From positions 25,918,001 to 25,982,000 of the forward strand of contig NC_087436.1 of assembly GCF_036321535.1 (NCBI RefSeq): 64,000 bases of DNA. The letters run 5' to 3'. Position 1 is the stretch's first letter, and each line of letters starts with the position of its first letter. Shown in pieces: positions 26,323 through 38,450 of the stretch. Under the pieces are notes generated by a model. It did not search any database, was not told the origin of the DNA, and was given only the letters and a program-made list of their open reading frames with translations. The translations under genes were made by a program, and so were the position numbers. The DNA is from Camelus dromedarius. Lineage: Eukaryota.

Positions 26323-27399
26323 GATCTATATAGTACTGAGCATTAAATGACTAATAATGGTACTTAGGCTGTTTTCTTCTCTTTCTGGAAGGAGGTAATA
26401 AAGAAAATGTGACAAATTTATTTTCAGCTTAGAATCCAATCAGAAAGTAACTGTCTCCTCCAAAAAGGGATCTAAAGGGTTTTTTTTTCTCCATTACAAC
26501 AGAACACTCAAAAGTCTTGATTATTGCAGAAAACAAATGTAAACAAATGGCTCATGTTAGAGAGGCCTAGCTAAAGAGTGCTATGCAGGCATTTTTCTAA
26601 AAAACAATGTTCTGCAGGGCATTTTGGGGGGAATCAGACTTCTTCCAAAATCAACTAGTATTAATTTTGTACTTCAAAACTACAAGGGAAAACACATAAT
26701 GGGGCCATAAATAAAGCTTTAGAAAACACAGCAAGAGAAAAGGAATTAAGGAAGTAAGAAGATTAAACAAAGGATAATTACTCAGATACTTCAAATTAAA
26801 TTCAAAAGAGTTACCCAAAGGGTCACGACTGTAGATAAATCAAAATGTAAGAATGAGCAAGTTTTACTGGAACTTCATGTTTTTAATGGGTTTTGAATTA
26901 CCAATTAGGTGAAGAAATTCAGTTATCTACCAGAGATCAATTTTTTGTAGAGTGGGTAAATGTTAGGTACTCATTGAATGTATACAGATCAAAACCAGTA
27001 TCATAACAGTTGAGAAAGTAAATGTTTCATAGGAAAGTGATGATTATGAGTAAATACTGCTCTTCTATTAAGTTTAGCATTGATTATTTTTTTAAAAAGG
27101 TAAGTTTACCTGGAGAATGTTTTAGTTTTTAAGAAATTTAATATTCCACTAGGAAGAACAGATCATTTCAGTGAGGACGGATTTTTTTTTATTGTTGTTA
27201 ATGACACCCCCCCCCAACCAGAAAAAAAAAAAAAAAAAAGACCAGAGTGGAGTTTCTTTACTTCCATTAATGGTGGTCTTATAAATCTAAGTCAGTGTTT
27301 CTCATTAGGTAAACAGAAAATCTTGAAAATATTTATGTTTTTTATTTTTCTTCAAAGCACTGGGGATCCAATAAACAAAAGAGGAATTATCTGATGAAA

Positions 27400-28346
27400 A
27401 TCATGGAAAAGAAATAATCTAGAGAAATTAGATACAACCATTTATCTGGAGGCACTTTTCACCTGGACGTATTAGCTGACACCAGAAGAAACAGACAAGA
27501 AGCTGAAAGACTAAGTGGCAATTCTGGAAGCATCTCAGGCTTAAATTGACCAAGTTGAAGATTAGGGCATACCAAGCAGGGGAAGGGAGAAGATTGGTAT
27601 GGAAATTCTTTATACTTTGGTTTGAGATGGTTAGAATCTCTACCTTAAAATTGAAGAAGGGTGATCCAAGATTTCTACTACTCAAATATCAGCAAAAGCA
27701 ATCTTTTCTGGAGGAAGATGGAATTATCCTAGCCCTGAAATATTTTAACAAACTTTCAAATAGAAATCCTGGCACACTATACAAAACAGCCAGACACAGT
27801 AAAAAAAAAGGAAGAAAATATGAGGAGAACCAGCAAAAACAACAGTAATTAAAACCAGAGGCCTGAGATATTAGAGTTTTCTATCCGATTTTTAAATAAG
27901 TAAGCTTCTATTCTTCAAGGGCATAAAAAATAAGATTAAGAATTTATCAAAAAATGGAAAACACAAAAAATGACATGGAAGATTGATTAAAATATTTGAA
28001 ATAAAACTAAAATAATGAAATGAAATGAGCATTTAACAGTAAATGAGAAACAGATGAAGTAAGAATTAGTGAATTGAAAGTTACATCACAACAAGATATT
28101 CAGAAAAAAGCATAGAAAAAAATAATGAATAAAACAGAATAGCAAGTAAGAAACAGGAGAATCAGTGACATGATCTACTATGTATGTAACCTCACATAGA
28201 GGAAAGGTAGAATGAAGAAACAATAACTGAAAATATAATGGTTCAGAATTTCCCAATTGTAAAGAAAGACACAAAATCATATCAGGACAAATAAAAAAAA
28301 TCTATACATAGGCATTATAGTAACACTAGTGAAAATTAAGGACAAA
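27400..28346 (+). mobile_element. Old L1M 5'UTR/ORF1-region fragment
   Basis: A-rich degenerate ORF1-like sequence (agaattagtgaattgaaag, aataactgaaaatataatggttcagaatttccca). Confidence 0.6.
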
Positions 28347-28357
28347 GAGATATACTT

Positions 28358-29408
28358 TTTTTCCTTTTTTATGTATTTTTATTAAAGTATAGTCAGTTTA
28401 CAGTGTTGTGTCAATTTCTGGTGTACAGCACAATACTTCAGTCATACAGGAACATACATATATTCATTTTCATATTCATTTTCACCATAAGTTACTACAA
28501 GATATTGAATATAGTTTCCTGCGCTATACAGTATAAACTTGTTTATTTTATATATAGTAGTTGGTTATCTGCAAATCTCAAACTCCCAATTTATTCCTTC
28601 CCACCCCCTTGTCCCACTGGTAACCATAAATTTGTTCTCTATGTCTGTGAGTCTGTTTCTGTTTTGTAAATAAGTTTGTTTATCTTTTTCTTAGATTCCA
28701 CATATAAGTGATATCATATCTTTCTGGCTTACTTCACTTAGAATGACATTCTCCAGGTCCAACCATATTGCTGCAAATGGCATTATTGTATTCTTTTTTA
28801 TGGCTGAGTAGTATTCCATTGTATAAATGTACCACAGCTTGTTTATCCAGTCATCTGTCAATGGACATTTAGGTTTTTTCCATGTCTTGGCTATTGTAAA
28901 TAGTGCTGTTATGAACATTGGGATGTATGTATCTTTTTGAATTAAGGTTCCCTCTGGATATATGCCCAGGAGTATGATCGCTGGATCATATGATAAGTCT
29001 ATTTTCAGTCTTTTGAGGAGTCTCCATACTGTTTTTCATACCTATAAGCAAAACAAAAAAGACAGCCTACAGAATGGGAAAAAATATTTCCAAAAGATGA
29101 GACTGACAAGGACTTAATCTCCAGAATATATAAACAGGTCACACAACATACTAAGAAAAACAACCAACCAACCAACCCAAACCAAAAATGGGCAGAAGAC
29201 CTAAACAACCAATTCTCCAATGAAGACATACAAACGGCCAATAGGCACATGAAAAAATGCTCAATATCACTAATTATCAGAGAAATGCAAATCAAAACTA
29301 TAATGAGGTATCACTTCACACCAGTCAGAATGGCCATCATTCAAAAGTTCACAAACAATAAATGATGGAGAGGCTGTGGAGAAAAGGGAACCCACCTACA
29401 CTGTTGGT
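28358..29408 (-). mobile_element. Young LINE-1 with 5' inversion (antisense 28358-29041, inverted piece 29042-29408)
   Basis: TSD GAGATATACTT at 28347-28357 and 29409-29419; ORF2 peptide on minus at 28691-28918; upstream ORF2 sequence on plus. Confidence 0.92.
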
Positions 29409-29529
29409 GAGATATACTTCTAAAGCATGTGGGATGAAAAATACATTGTTACACAGCAATGATTCGGTTATTCCTTGATTTTTTAACATGAAAAGTGGAA
29501 GTCAGAAGTCAATTGGATGAATGATTTAT

Positions 29530-31160
29530 AACAAAAATGGCAATGTAAAAGCAGTAAGGAAAGATGCTATTTTTATTAAATGGTACTGAGTCAGTCCAGT
29601 ATATATTTGGAAAAAAAAGAAATTTGACCCCTACCTCCCACCATACACAAAATTCAATTTCAGGCATTTTGTAGATCTAAATACAAAAAGGCAAAGCAAA
29701 ATGCTCCTGGAAGATAAGACAGGAGTACACCATCATGCAATTATGGTTGAGAAAGATTTCTGAAACAGACTATATAAAGTACTAAACATAAAGGAAATAA
29801 TTAATGAATTGAATCATATCAAATTTAAGGCTTTTTTTTCTTTCATCAGAAGGCATTATTAGCAGAGTAAAAATAAAGAAAATTAAGACAGTGGAAAAAG
29901 ATTTCTCTAGCTTATATACAAATAAAAATTTTAAATTTTCAATTAATTAAAAGGTCTTATATTCAAAATGTATATAGATAATCCCTACAAATCCATAAAA
30001 AAGTAGAAAATTTGACAAATAAACTTAACATTTATTTTAAGAAAATTGAATATCCAAATGGTTAATAATTTTACAGAAATATGTTTAGCCTCATCTGGTA
30101 AATGAAAATTAATGTCACAAATAGATGTCACTATATACCAATAAGAATAGCTAAAATGAAAGACTGATTATACCAAGTGTTGATGAGGATGTGGAACACA
30201 TGAAACCTTTACACAGTGCTGAAGGAAATACACATTGATGCAATCATTTTCAGAATCTGATTGGCATTTTCAGCAAAAGTTGGAATATGAATACCCTAGG
30301 AATCTAAAATTCCACACCTAAGTGTATATCCAACAGAATTCCCTGTGTTTGTGAGATGCTCATGAATAATGAATGTTCATAGCAGCATTACTTAGCATAG
30401 CCCCTGTTGAAAAAGAGACAACAGAGCCAAAATGGGGTCACTTGTGCTAAACCCCGGGTCAGCAAACCAAGATTTAATACCTAACCTGATTGCAGTTTCA
30501 GCCTCTCCTAGGAATGTAATCTTAACCAATTTGTCCAAAATCTCCTGGCCAGCACTAGTGAGGTAATCTGCCTGATAGAGCCCTGCCTTCCCACAATGAA
30601 AGGGGACCTTGCCTGAAAAAATACCTTTCTTTTGTTTATGACTTCCTTGTTCTATCCAAAATGTTCTAAAAAGCATTTTTCTGTTTTCTGGATGGGATGC
30701 TTCTCGATTTGTAAATAGCTGGAAAAAGCCAATTAAGTCTTCAGATTTACTCAGTTGAATTTTTTAACACCTCAAACTAAAAATAACTTAAATGCATAGC
30801 AAGAAGAGAAAGAGTAAATAAAGCATGGCCCATATTACTACACAGTGAAACATTATACAGCAACAAAAATGAGGCACTATTGTTATATGTATTAACATGG
30901 ATAAATCTGACAAATATAAAATTGGGTGAGAAAAAATAGCACATTTGAATGATTCTATGTAATTAAAGTTCAAAACCTCACAAAGCTATACTTTAGTTTT
31001 AGAAGTCAGGGTAGAAATTAAAGAGGAAGAAAGGCTTATAATTAGGAAAGAACAAGAGAGAGGCTTCTGGATTGCTAATTTTTATTTCTTGAACTTGAAA
31101 TTGGTAACACAATTGTTTAATCAATAAACTCTGATGATTTGTGTGTGTGTTTATGTGTCT
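29530..31160 (+). mobile_element. Old L1M ORF2 3' part and 3'UTR, interrupted by an LTR
   Basis: tttgacccctacctcccaccatacacaaaattcaatttcagg..ataccaagtgttgatgaggatgtggaac..aatgttcatagcagcatta. Confidence 0.8.
30405..30769 (+). mobile_element. ERV1-class solo LTR (365 bp) nested in L1M
   Basis: TGTTGAAAA..TTTTAACA inverted termini; TSD CCCC/CCTC; host L1 reads atagcccc|aaact across the insertion. Confidence 0.82.
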
Positions 31161-31369
31161 ATGTTTAACTCAAATATATTTATATTTAAATATTGTGTCT
31201 CCTGGAGAGTGACTAGTTTCTTTGGTATATATTAGTTAACTGGTGCTTAAAATATTTTACATTTCCTTTGGGTATAAACTACTTTTAATGTAAGTGATCC
31301 AACTTAATCAAAGTTGGTTAGCAAAACACGGTAATGACTACTAAGAGAGTGCAAAAGGAGCTTCAGGTG

Positions 31370-31890
31370 GGGTGAAAATATTTGCAACTAACAAAATGGT
31401 CAATCCAGAATACACGAGAAACTGCTAAAACCAGTAAGAGAAAAACAGGCAACCTCTTAGGAGGATCTATAAATGCCTAATAAATATAATACAGAGTTTT
31501 CAACTTGAATGAAAATCAAGGTAATGCAATTTGAAACTACAATGTACTACCACTACCACCAGAATGGATAAATTTTAGAAAGACTGACAATGCCAGTGGT
31601 AAGACATGTGGTAACAGAAACTCTAATAACCTGAAAGTGGGAATGAAAACTGTTACAACTGTTTTGGAAAACTATTTCGTATTATCTACTAGAGTTGAAG
31701 ATGGGCCTGGCAATTTCATTCCTACGATTATGACCCACAGAAATTCATATACATATGCACTAAGTGATAAGTATGAGAATGTAGCATTGGTCTTTTGCAT
31801 TACCCATGGGTTACTATACAAAAATGAAATGAAAGGAAATTAATTACAGCTACTTGCAACCACATGGATGAATCTGAAGAAGATGATGTT
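31370..31890 (+). mobile_element. Old L1M 3' fragment
   Basis: gaaaatatttgcaac..aatgcaatttgaaactacaatg..acatggatgaatctgaag. Confidence 0.7.
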
Positions 31891-33435
31891 GAGAGATCCA
31901 GATTAAGACGGCAGAGTAGGAAGATCTTGTCCACAGAAAATGTTTTACTAGTAAAGACAAATACATAGTAAAGGTAGTGGGTCAATCAGATATGAAGGTT
32001 AAAAGATAACAGTAGTAAAAATCATTTGTATCTACAATTTACTAAGCAATAGAAAAAAATTAAAAAGATGTAAGTATGACATCAAAAACATTAAAAAATG
32101 GGGAGCCCTATATAAAAAATGTAGTGCTTTTAAAATGTACTCAAATTTAAGTGACTATCTAGACTCCTATATACATAGGTTGTTCTACATTAACCTCATG
32201 ATAACCACAAACCAAAAATCTATAACAGATACACAAATATAAAAAGGAAGATATACAAACATAACACTTACAAAATTTATCAAATCACAGTAGAAGAGAA
32301 CAAGAGAAGAAAAGAACAGAGAACTACAAAACAACCAGAAAACAATTTACAAAAGGCAATAAGTACAAATCTGTCAATAATTACTTTAATATAAATGGAC
32401 TAAAAGCTTGAATTAAACATCATAGGATAGCAAGACTTCTGTAGGCATCATTTAGATGGGTCTTGTTTCAAGACCTATGCCTACAAGAGATTCATTTTAG
32501 AACTAAAGACACACAGATGGAAAGCAAAAGGAAGGAAAAAGATACACTGTGCAAATGGAAATAAAAAGAAAGCTGGGGTAGAAATACTTAGACAAGATAG
32601 ACTTTAAAACAAAGATAATAACAAAAAATGCAGCCATCACATAAGAAAAAGGGATCAATCCAAAAAGAGTATGTAATTATAAACATCTATGTATATAACT
32701 ATAAATATTGTAAATATTTACACACCCACATAGGATCACCTAAATGCATAAAGCAAATATTAATGAACATAAAGAGATAAATTGACATAGAATATAGTAA
32801 CAGTAGGGGACTTTAACATCTCACTTACAGTAATAGACAGAGCACCCAGATAGAAAATCTGTAAGATCTTGGTTTAACCCTAAATGACACTCTACATCAG
32901 AGGACTTAATAGATATAAGCAGAACATCCCACCTAAAAATAGCAAATACATATCTTTTCAAGTGTGTATGGAATATTCTCCAGGATTACATATTATGCCA
33001 CAAAATAAGTTTCAATAAATATAAAAAAGATTGAAAACATATCAATCATCTTCTCCAATAGTAACAGTATGAAACTAGAAATTGATTACAAGAAGAAAAC
33101 TGGAAGACAAACAAACAAATGGAGGCTAACCAACATGCTACTTAACAACCAAGGGGGTCACTGAAGAAGTCAAAAAATAAATTAAAAATACCTGAGACAA
33201 ACAAAATAGAAACACATCATTCCAAAATCTATGAGATGCGACAAAAATAGTTCTAAGAGAAGTTTATAGCAACACAACCCTACCTCAGAAAATAAGAAAA
33301 ATCTCAAATCTAATTTTACAACTAAAGAAACTAGAAAAGGAAGGACAAAAAGAGCCCAAAGTTAATAGAAGGAAGAAAATTATAAAGATCAGAGCAGAAA
33401 TAAATGATATAGAGACTAGAAAACCAGTAGAAATG
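31891..33435 (+). mobile_element. LINE-1 fragment: 5' terminus, inter-ORF region and frameshifted ORF2 endonuclease region
   Basis: ggcaataagtacaaatctgtcaataattactttaatataaatggact corresponds to the ORF2 N-terminus (..SIITLNxNGL); gtaggggactttaac is the GDFN motif. Confidence 0.85.
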
Positions 33436-34821
33436 AAATGATTACTAAGAAGGGAAAGGAGTTTTCCAGTGGAGTGGTGAGACAGTCCAATGATTGAGGA
33501 AAGGAATTAGGGGGGTTTTTTGATTTATGTATTGTTGCATTTTTTTAAGCTTGGTTTTCGTTATTTGGATTTTTACTCTGGCTATTTCATAGGATCGCTT
33601 AAATTTTGTGACTTTTTGTGTGTTATAAAAATAATAACATTAATAATAAGTAATAATATATGTTGTAAACATAAACCAAAAAAGAAAACATGTAAGAAAG
33701 TTTTCTGTTGTAGCAAGTATGTGACAAGGGGCATAGGTGTGAGATTTAAGTTTGAAAAGGAAAAAGTAGATTTCTTCATGTAAGATCTTGGAAAATTAGT
33801 TGAAAGTGGGTAAATACAGGAAATTTTACAATACAAGAGGAAATGAATGATTAAGCTCTTATAAAATGATCTTTTGCTCTGTAATCAAGGATACATTTGG
33901 GTAAGTAATTTTCCCACATAAAAAGAATGACTTTGATATGAAATAGATATTCTGCCACAGGACAAAATCAAATATAAGACAACACTCACAGCAGGTTTGC
34001 AGGAGGAAAGTTTCTCAAGGAAGACTCAGCACAGAGTTTAAAAACTGGGGTGCAGGTCCTTCATTATCTATTGTCCATTACAGGTCTGTGCATAAAAGTC
34101 CAGAAGATTCAGGCTTCAGACTCTGGGAGAGGAAACACGACCCTGGGTTCTGGGGTTTGTAAATTGTATGATTAAAGAAACATTGGCTCCTCCAATGGCT
34201 TGATCACCACTCAGGTACTGCAGCTTAACAGAACCTTTGCTCCAGCCCTCTCCTGCCCATTCAACATTTGTAGTTATGAATCACGTGTGAGAGAACCAGC
34301 TCATTCCTTGGTGCCATTAAGAAGCGTATTCCAAGCCTTATAGTTGCAGCTTCATGACATAGCAAGGTAGTGGCAGAATGCCTCATACCAGTGTTCATGT
34401 TGGCAAAGGCCAGCCTTTCCCTGGACATGATCATGAGTTTGGGGGACTGGGAATGACTGCTTTAAGCGCTAGGTCCTAGTGGGTTTCCATGGAGATTTAT
34501 AGCAGGCTAGCATATTGTATGACAGATGCCTGACAGAACATAGGTTGTCAAGTTAATTCTTGCCAGGTAAATGATTCAAACCCATGAGTTTTTCAATATC
34601 CTACATTAGCGAAAGAAATCAGTTTTATGGATTGAAAAGGCAAGTAGGGAAGTATGGTTGGTGTTTTGCTGTGGACATTAGCCTTATTTAGTTTTATTTT
34701 CCAGATGGCATCCCTCCCCCTTTTTTTTTTTTTTTTTTTTTTTAACGAAGCTTCTCTTTCCTTTTCCCTAACTTCAAGAATTGGCTAGTGGGCCCATCAA
34801 AATCTTAATAAAAAGCAATTT

Positions 34822-35957
34822 TGATCACAATTCCAATGTGTTTAGATGTTTTTCCCCACACTAGCAAGCAATTCTCTGCAACACCAGCTGGATCTCCTAC
34901 AACTTCATTCAATTCTGACACTATACTGGCAGACAGCACCAGACCCCACAGGTTAGGGTTTCACTCCTACAAGACTCTACCACCACCTAACTTCAGACAC
35001 CAATTGTAAACACAGGAGTGTGCTTCTGATTGACTGGCTATAGACTGGAGGTTCCAAAGACCTCCTCCTTGGGTTCGATTAATTTACTAGAGTGGCTCAC
35101 AGAACTCAGAGAAACATTTTACTTACTAGACTATCAGTTTATAATGAAAGGATATGACTCAGGAATAGCCAGATGGAAGAGATACATAAGGTGAGGTATG
35201 AGGAAAGGGCTTGGGGCTTCCATGCCCTGTCTGAGCACATTATTTTCCCTGAATCTCCATGTGTTTGCCAACTCTAGGGGTTCTCCAAACCCTGTCCTTT
35301 TGGGTTTTTAGTGGAGGCTCCCTTACGTAGGCATGATTGATGAAATGATTGGCCGCTGATGATTGAATTCAACCTCCAGCCCCTTTTGTCCTCCTCAGAG
35401 GTCAGAGGGTGGGACTGAAAGTTCTGACTGTCTAATCATAGGGCTGGTTCTCCTGGTAACCATGGCTTTCCAACAGTCTCCTCATTAACTTAACAAAAGA
35501 TATCTTCTTTGCTCTCTCCTCACTTAAGAAACTCCAAGGTTGACCTCTAAAAAACAAAAGAGCCAGTTATTTTACCAGCAAATTCAAACTGAATTTATTT
35601 GAGAATAGCAGAGAACTGCAATTCAGGACAAGTGAACTATGGGGAACCACAGTTAAGTTCAGAGAACAGAGGAGAAGGGTTTGCTTTTCTAGAGGAAAGA
35701 AGGAAATTAGGGAGGGCTGTGGTGGTTCTCTGTTGATTGCAGACGGTGGGCAGCTTGTTGCTGGATCAGAAAATCTTTCCTCCTGCTGGGGTTTGCAAGC
35801 TATGGTGAGTGATACGCGAGTGAGAGATCCTCCTTCAGGGTTTCCTGACTCTGTTTTAAATGATGTTTCCTTTATTTATTTTCACAGGTTTTAGGAGCTC
35901 TGTGCCAGGAATAGTGGAGACCAAATATATATTTCTTTTTAAAATCACAGCATCACA
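34822..35957 (-). mobile_element. MER21-like LTR interrupted by a second LTR
   Basis: caagcaattctctgcaacaccagctgg..ctcctccttgggttcgattaatttactagagtggctcacagaactcagagaaac..ggttttaggagctctgtgccagga. Confidence 0.82.
35541..35886 (-). mobile_element. Short solo LTR (probably ERV1) nested in MER21
   Basis: TG..CA ends, GGT(T) flanking duplication, antisense AATAAA near 35594; host MER21 sequence is continuous across it. Confidence 0.7.
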
Positions 35958-35974
35958 CAAGCCATGACAAGTAC

Positions 35975-36240
35975 GTAGGTCTGGAGCTTCTGGGAATCAT
36001 CCTTCTCATCAACATATTAAGAATATCTGCCTGAGAATTACTGCAAGGTGGAATAAAGCAGAGACAAGAAATGGAGAGATGTGTTCATGAATGCATGGTT
36101 TGATCACCTGAGTCCAGCTGTGCCTAAAGCTGGTATCCCATAGGCTTTTTAGTTACACGAGCCAATAAATTTCCTTTCATTCTAAATCTACTTGGAGTTC
36201 AGTTTTGGTCACTTGTGGGCCCACAAGCCTGACTAATGCA
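35975..36240 (+). mobile_element. ERVL LTR16/LTR33-like 3' half
   Basis: tccagctgtgcctaaagc..agttacacgagccaataaatttcc..gtcacttg..cctgactaatgca. Confidence 0.65.
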
Positions 36241-36589
36241 CAGAAAAAAAAAAAAGGATCCTATGGTACTTAAGGCAGTATCATTTAATAGGTTGATCAT
36301 GCTGAGTTACATAGAGAGATTATGAATTTATAGAGAAAGGTCATTATAGAGTTGAGAAGCAGTGAGAGCAGGAGTGGAAGGCTGGACAAATTGTGTGAGA
36401 GAGGTTGTGGGGTAGTACACTGTGGCTGGGGGGTGTGAAGAAATTTCCCTTAATGGTAAATTTCAGTTGTGGCTGTGATACTTTGGGAAAGAAAGAATGT
36501 GAATGGAGGAGAAACTTTATTGGAGTGATGAAGCCAAGAAACTGTGTGGCTAAGCCTTTTTGAAAAAAACATATACTTGCTTTTTCTCT

Positions 36590-37740
36590 TTTTTGCTCAT
36601 TCGATACCCACATTGCTACATTATCTTTCACTCCAATAAGTCACCAAAACTATTTTTGCTTCTGTTGCTTATTACATCTTTGTTGCCAAATTCATTTAAC
36701 ATTGTCTGTTCTCATTTATTATTGCTGTATCATTTGAAAGCATTTAACTCTCCATGCTTTAAAAATTCTCTATCCTCTTGGTTTCCCTGGCTCCATCTGT
36801 TCTGATTTTCCTCTTACCTACCCAGACATTCTCAGTCTTCTTCCTGAGTTTCTCACATGAAACTCAGTCTTTAAATCTTAGTGCATTCTGCTGCTAGATC
36901 TTTAGTCCTTTTTTCTTTCCATTATATGCAATCTTTCTGAGAAGCTTTACCATTTCTAGTAACTGTACCTATCCTCCATAAGCTAGAGACTCCAAGAGGT
37001 CTACCTTCAGTTTAGGATTTTCTGCAATTGATATTTTTCTATTTGAAATACCCACTCTGCATCACTGCCTGAATACCCCATAGTTAGAAATCAACATTTA
37101 ACATCCTAAATTATGCTTATTACCTTTTTTTTTTTTTTTTTTTGGTGTTTTCCCCATATGGCTTCTCTTCTTCATTCTCCTGCTCTGGTCAATCAGTCTG
37201 GCATTAAGAATTTCACATGTGAATGATTAAATATTTCCTCATGTTTAACTTGGTGAATTTTCTAGGACGATCTTACTACTTCACAGAATTTAGAGACTTC
37301 CCTAATTGAAATTCTTCAATGTTTTGTGTAATCTGGAGAATAAAATCTTACCTTCTCAACTTGTCACTTAATACTCTAATTCCTGCTTAACGTTCTGGCT
37401 TTATAATCCACTTCTTGCAGTTCTCAGAACTGTTCATGTTCTCTCATCTTTGTATCACTTGCTCTTTGCTTTGCAGCCCCGTGCTGCTGAATTATCACAA
37501 CTTTTACAAGGCCTCCTTTAGTTGTCACTTTCAGGAAATCTAGTAAGGTCCTACAATCAGAGCAGGTAAGGTTTTGTACCCTGCCTGCCTCTTAATATGA
37601 TGTGAGCACCTGTGTACAGATCACACAGTCTGTATGCTTGTTGTCCACTGTATTTGTTTTAAGCATTTTGTGTGCTTGTTTTTGTCTCCTCGGAGCCTTG
37701 GCAAAATGCCTGGTGCTCAGTCAGCATTGAAAGAAATAAA
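36590..37740 (+). mobile_element. L2 fragments to the 3' end
   Basis: Pyrimidine-rich L2 body ending gcctggtgctcagtcagcattgaaagaaataaa. Confidence 0.55.
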
Positions 37741-37914
37741 GGAGGAAGGAAAGAAGATGGTGAGGGGAAAGGTAGGAAGGAAGAAAAATAGATGATAGGT
37801 ACCTTGATGAAAAGGTCTAATCATCCAAAATAGATACATGTAGACAGTACGTAGAGAATGGTGACCCTAAGCTTGCTTGCTTTCAGCAGTAATTTACATG
37901 GTCACTAAAGGAAA

Positions 37915-38450
37915 CTGCATAGAGTGCTTGGGCTTGAGTCTATCTTAGCTTTTTACAATCTGGCTCTGACACTTGACACCTTGAGCAAGTTACTCAACCC
38001 CTCTGTGCCTCAGTTTTCTCCTACGTAAAACTGTGGCACTAATAGTGCATAACTTTAGGACTTTTATGAATATTAAATATGTTTGTATAGGCATACCTCA
38101 TTTTATTGCACTTTGTTTTATTGCATCTTGCAGATATAACAGTTTTTAAAAATTGAAGGTTGGTAGCAACCCCGCATTGTCAGATAATGGTTAGCAATTT
38201 TTAGCAATGAAGGATTTTTTAATTAAGGTATGTACATTTTTTAGACATAATGCTATTGCACACTTAATAGACTACAGTGTGGTGTAAACATAAATTTTAT
38301 ATGCACTGTGAAACTGGAAAATCAGGTTACTTGCTTTATTGCAATATTCAGTTTATTGTGGTTGTCTGGAATTTGAACCTGTGATATCCCCAAGGTATGC
38401 CTGCATTCATAAAGTGCTTAAAAGAGTTCTTGGCACAGGGAAACCCTACA
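37915..38450 (+). mobile_element. MIR SINE split by a Tigger insertion
   Basis: ccttgagcaagttactcaacccctctgtgcctcagttttctc..; resumes taaagtgcttaaaagagttcttggcacag. Confidence 0.8.
38088..38403 (+). mobile_element. Tigger1-derived internally deleted MITE
   Basis: TIRs (t)aggcatacct..aggtatgcctg, TA at the left flank; Tigger1 left and right ends are joined. Confidence 0.88.

Noticed and set aside
27205..27247. C-tract/A-tract with flanking ACCAG as a poly(A)-only retroinsertion
   Set aside because: The duplication is too short; a simple homopolymer expansion explains it
23909..33435. Circular permutation (L1 3' end plus L1M right half lying upstream of L1M left half plus L1 5' part)
   Set aside because: The two L1 pieces differ in apparent age, and the surrounding L2 fragments remain colinear
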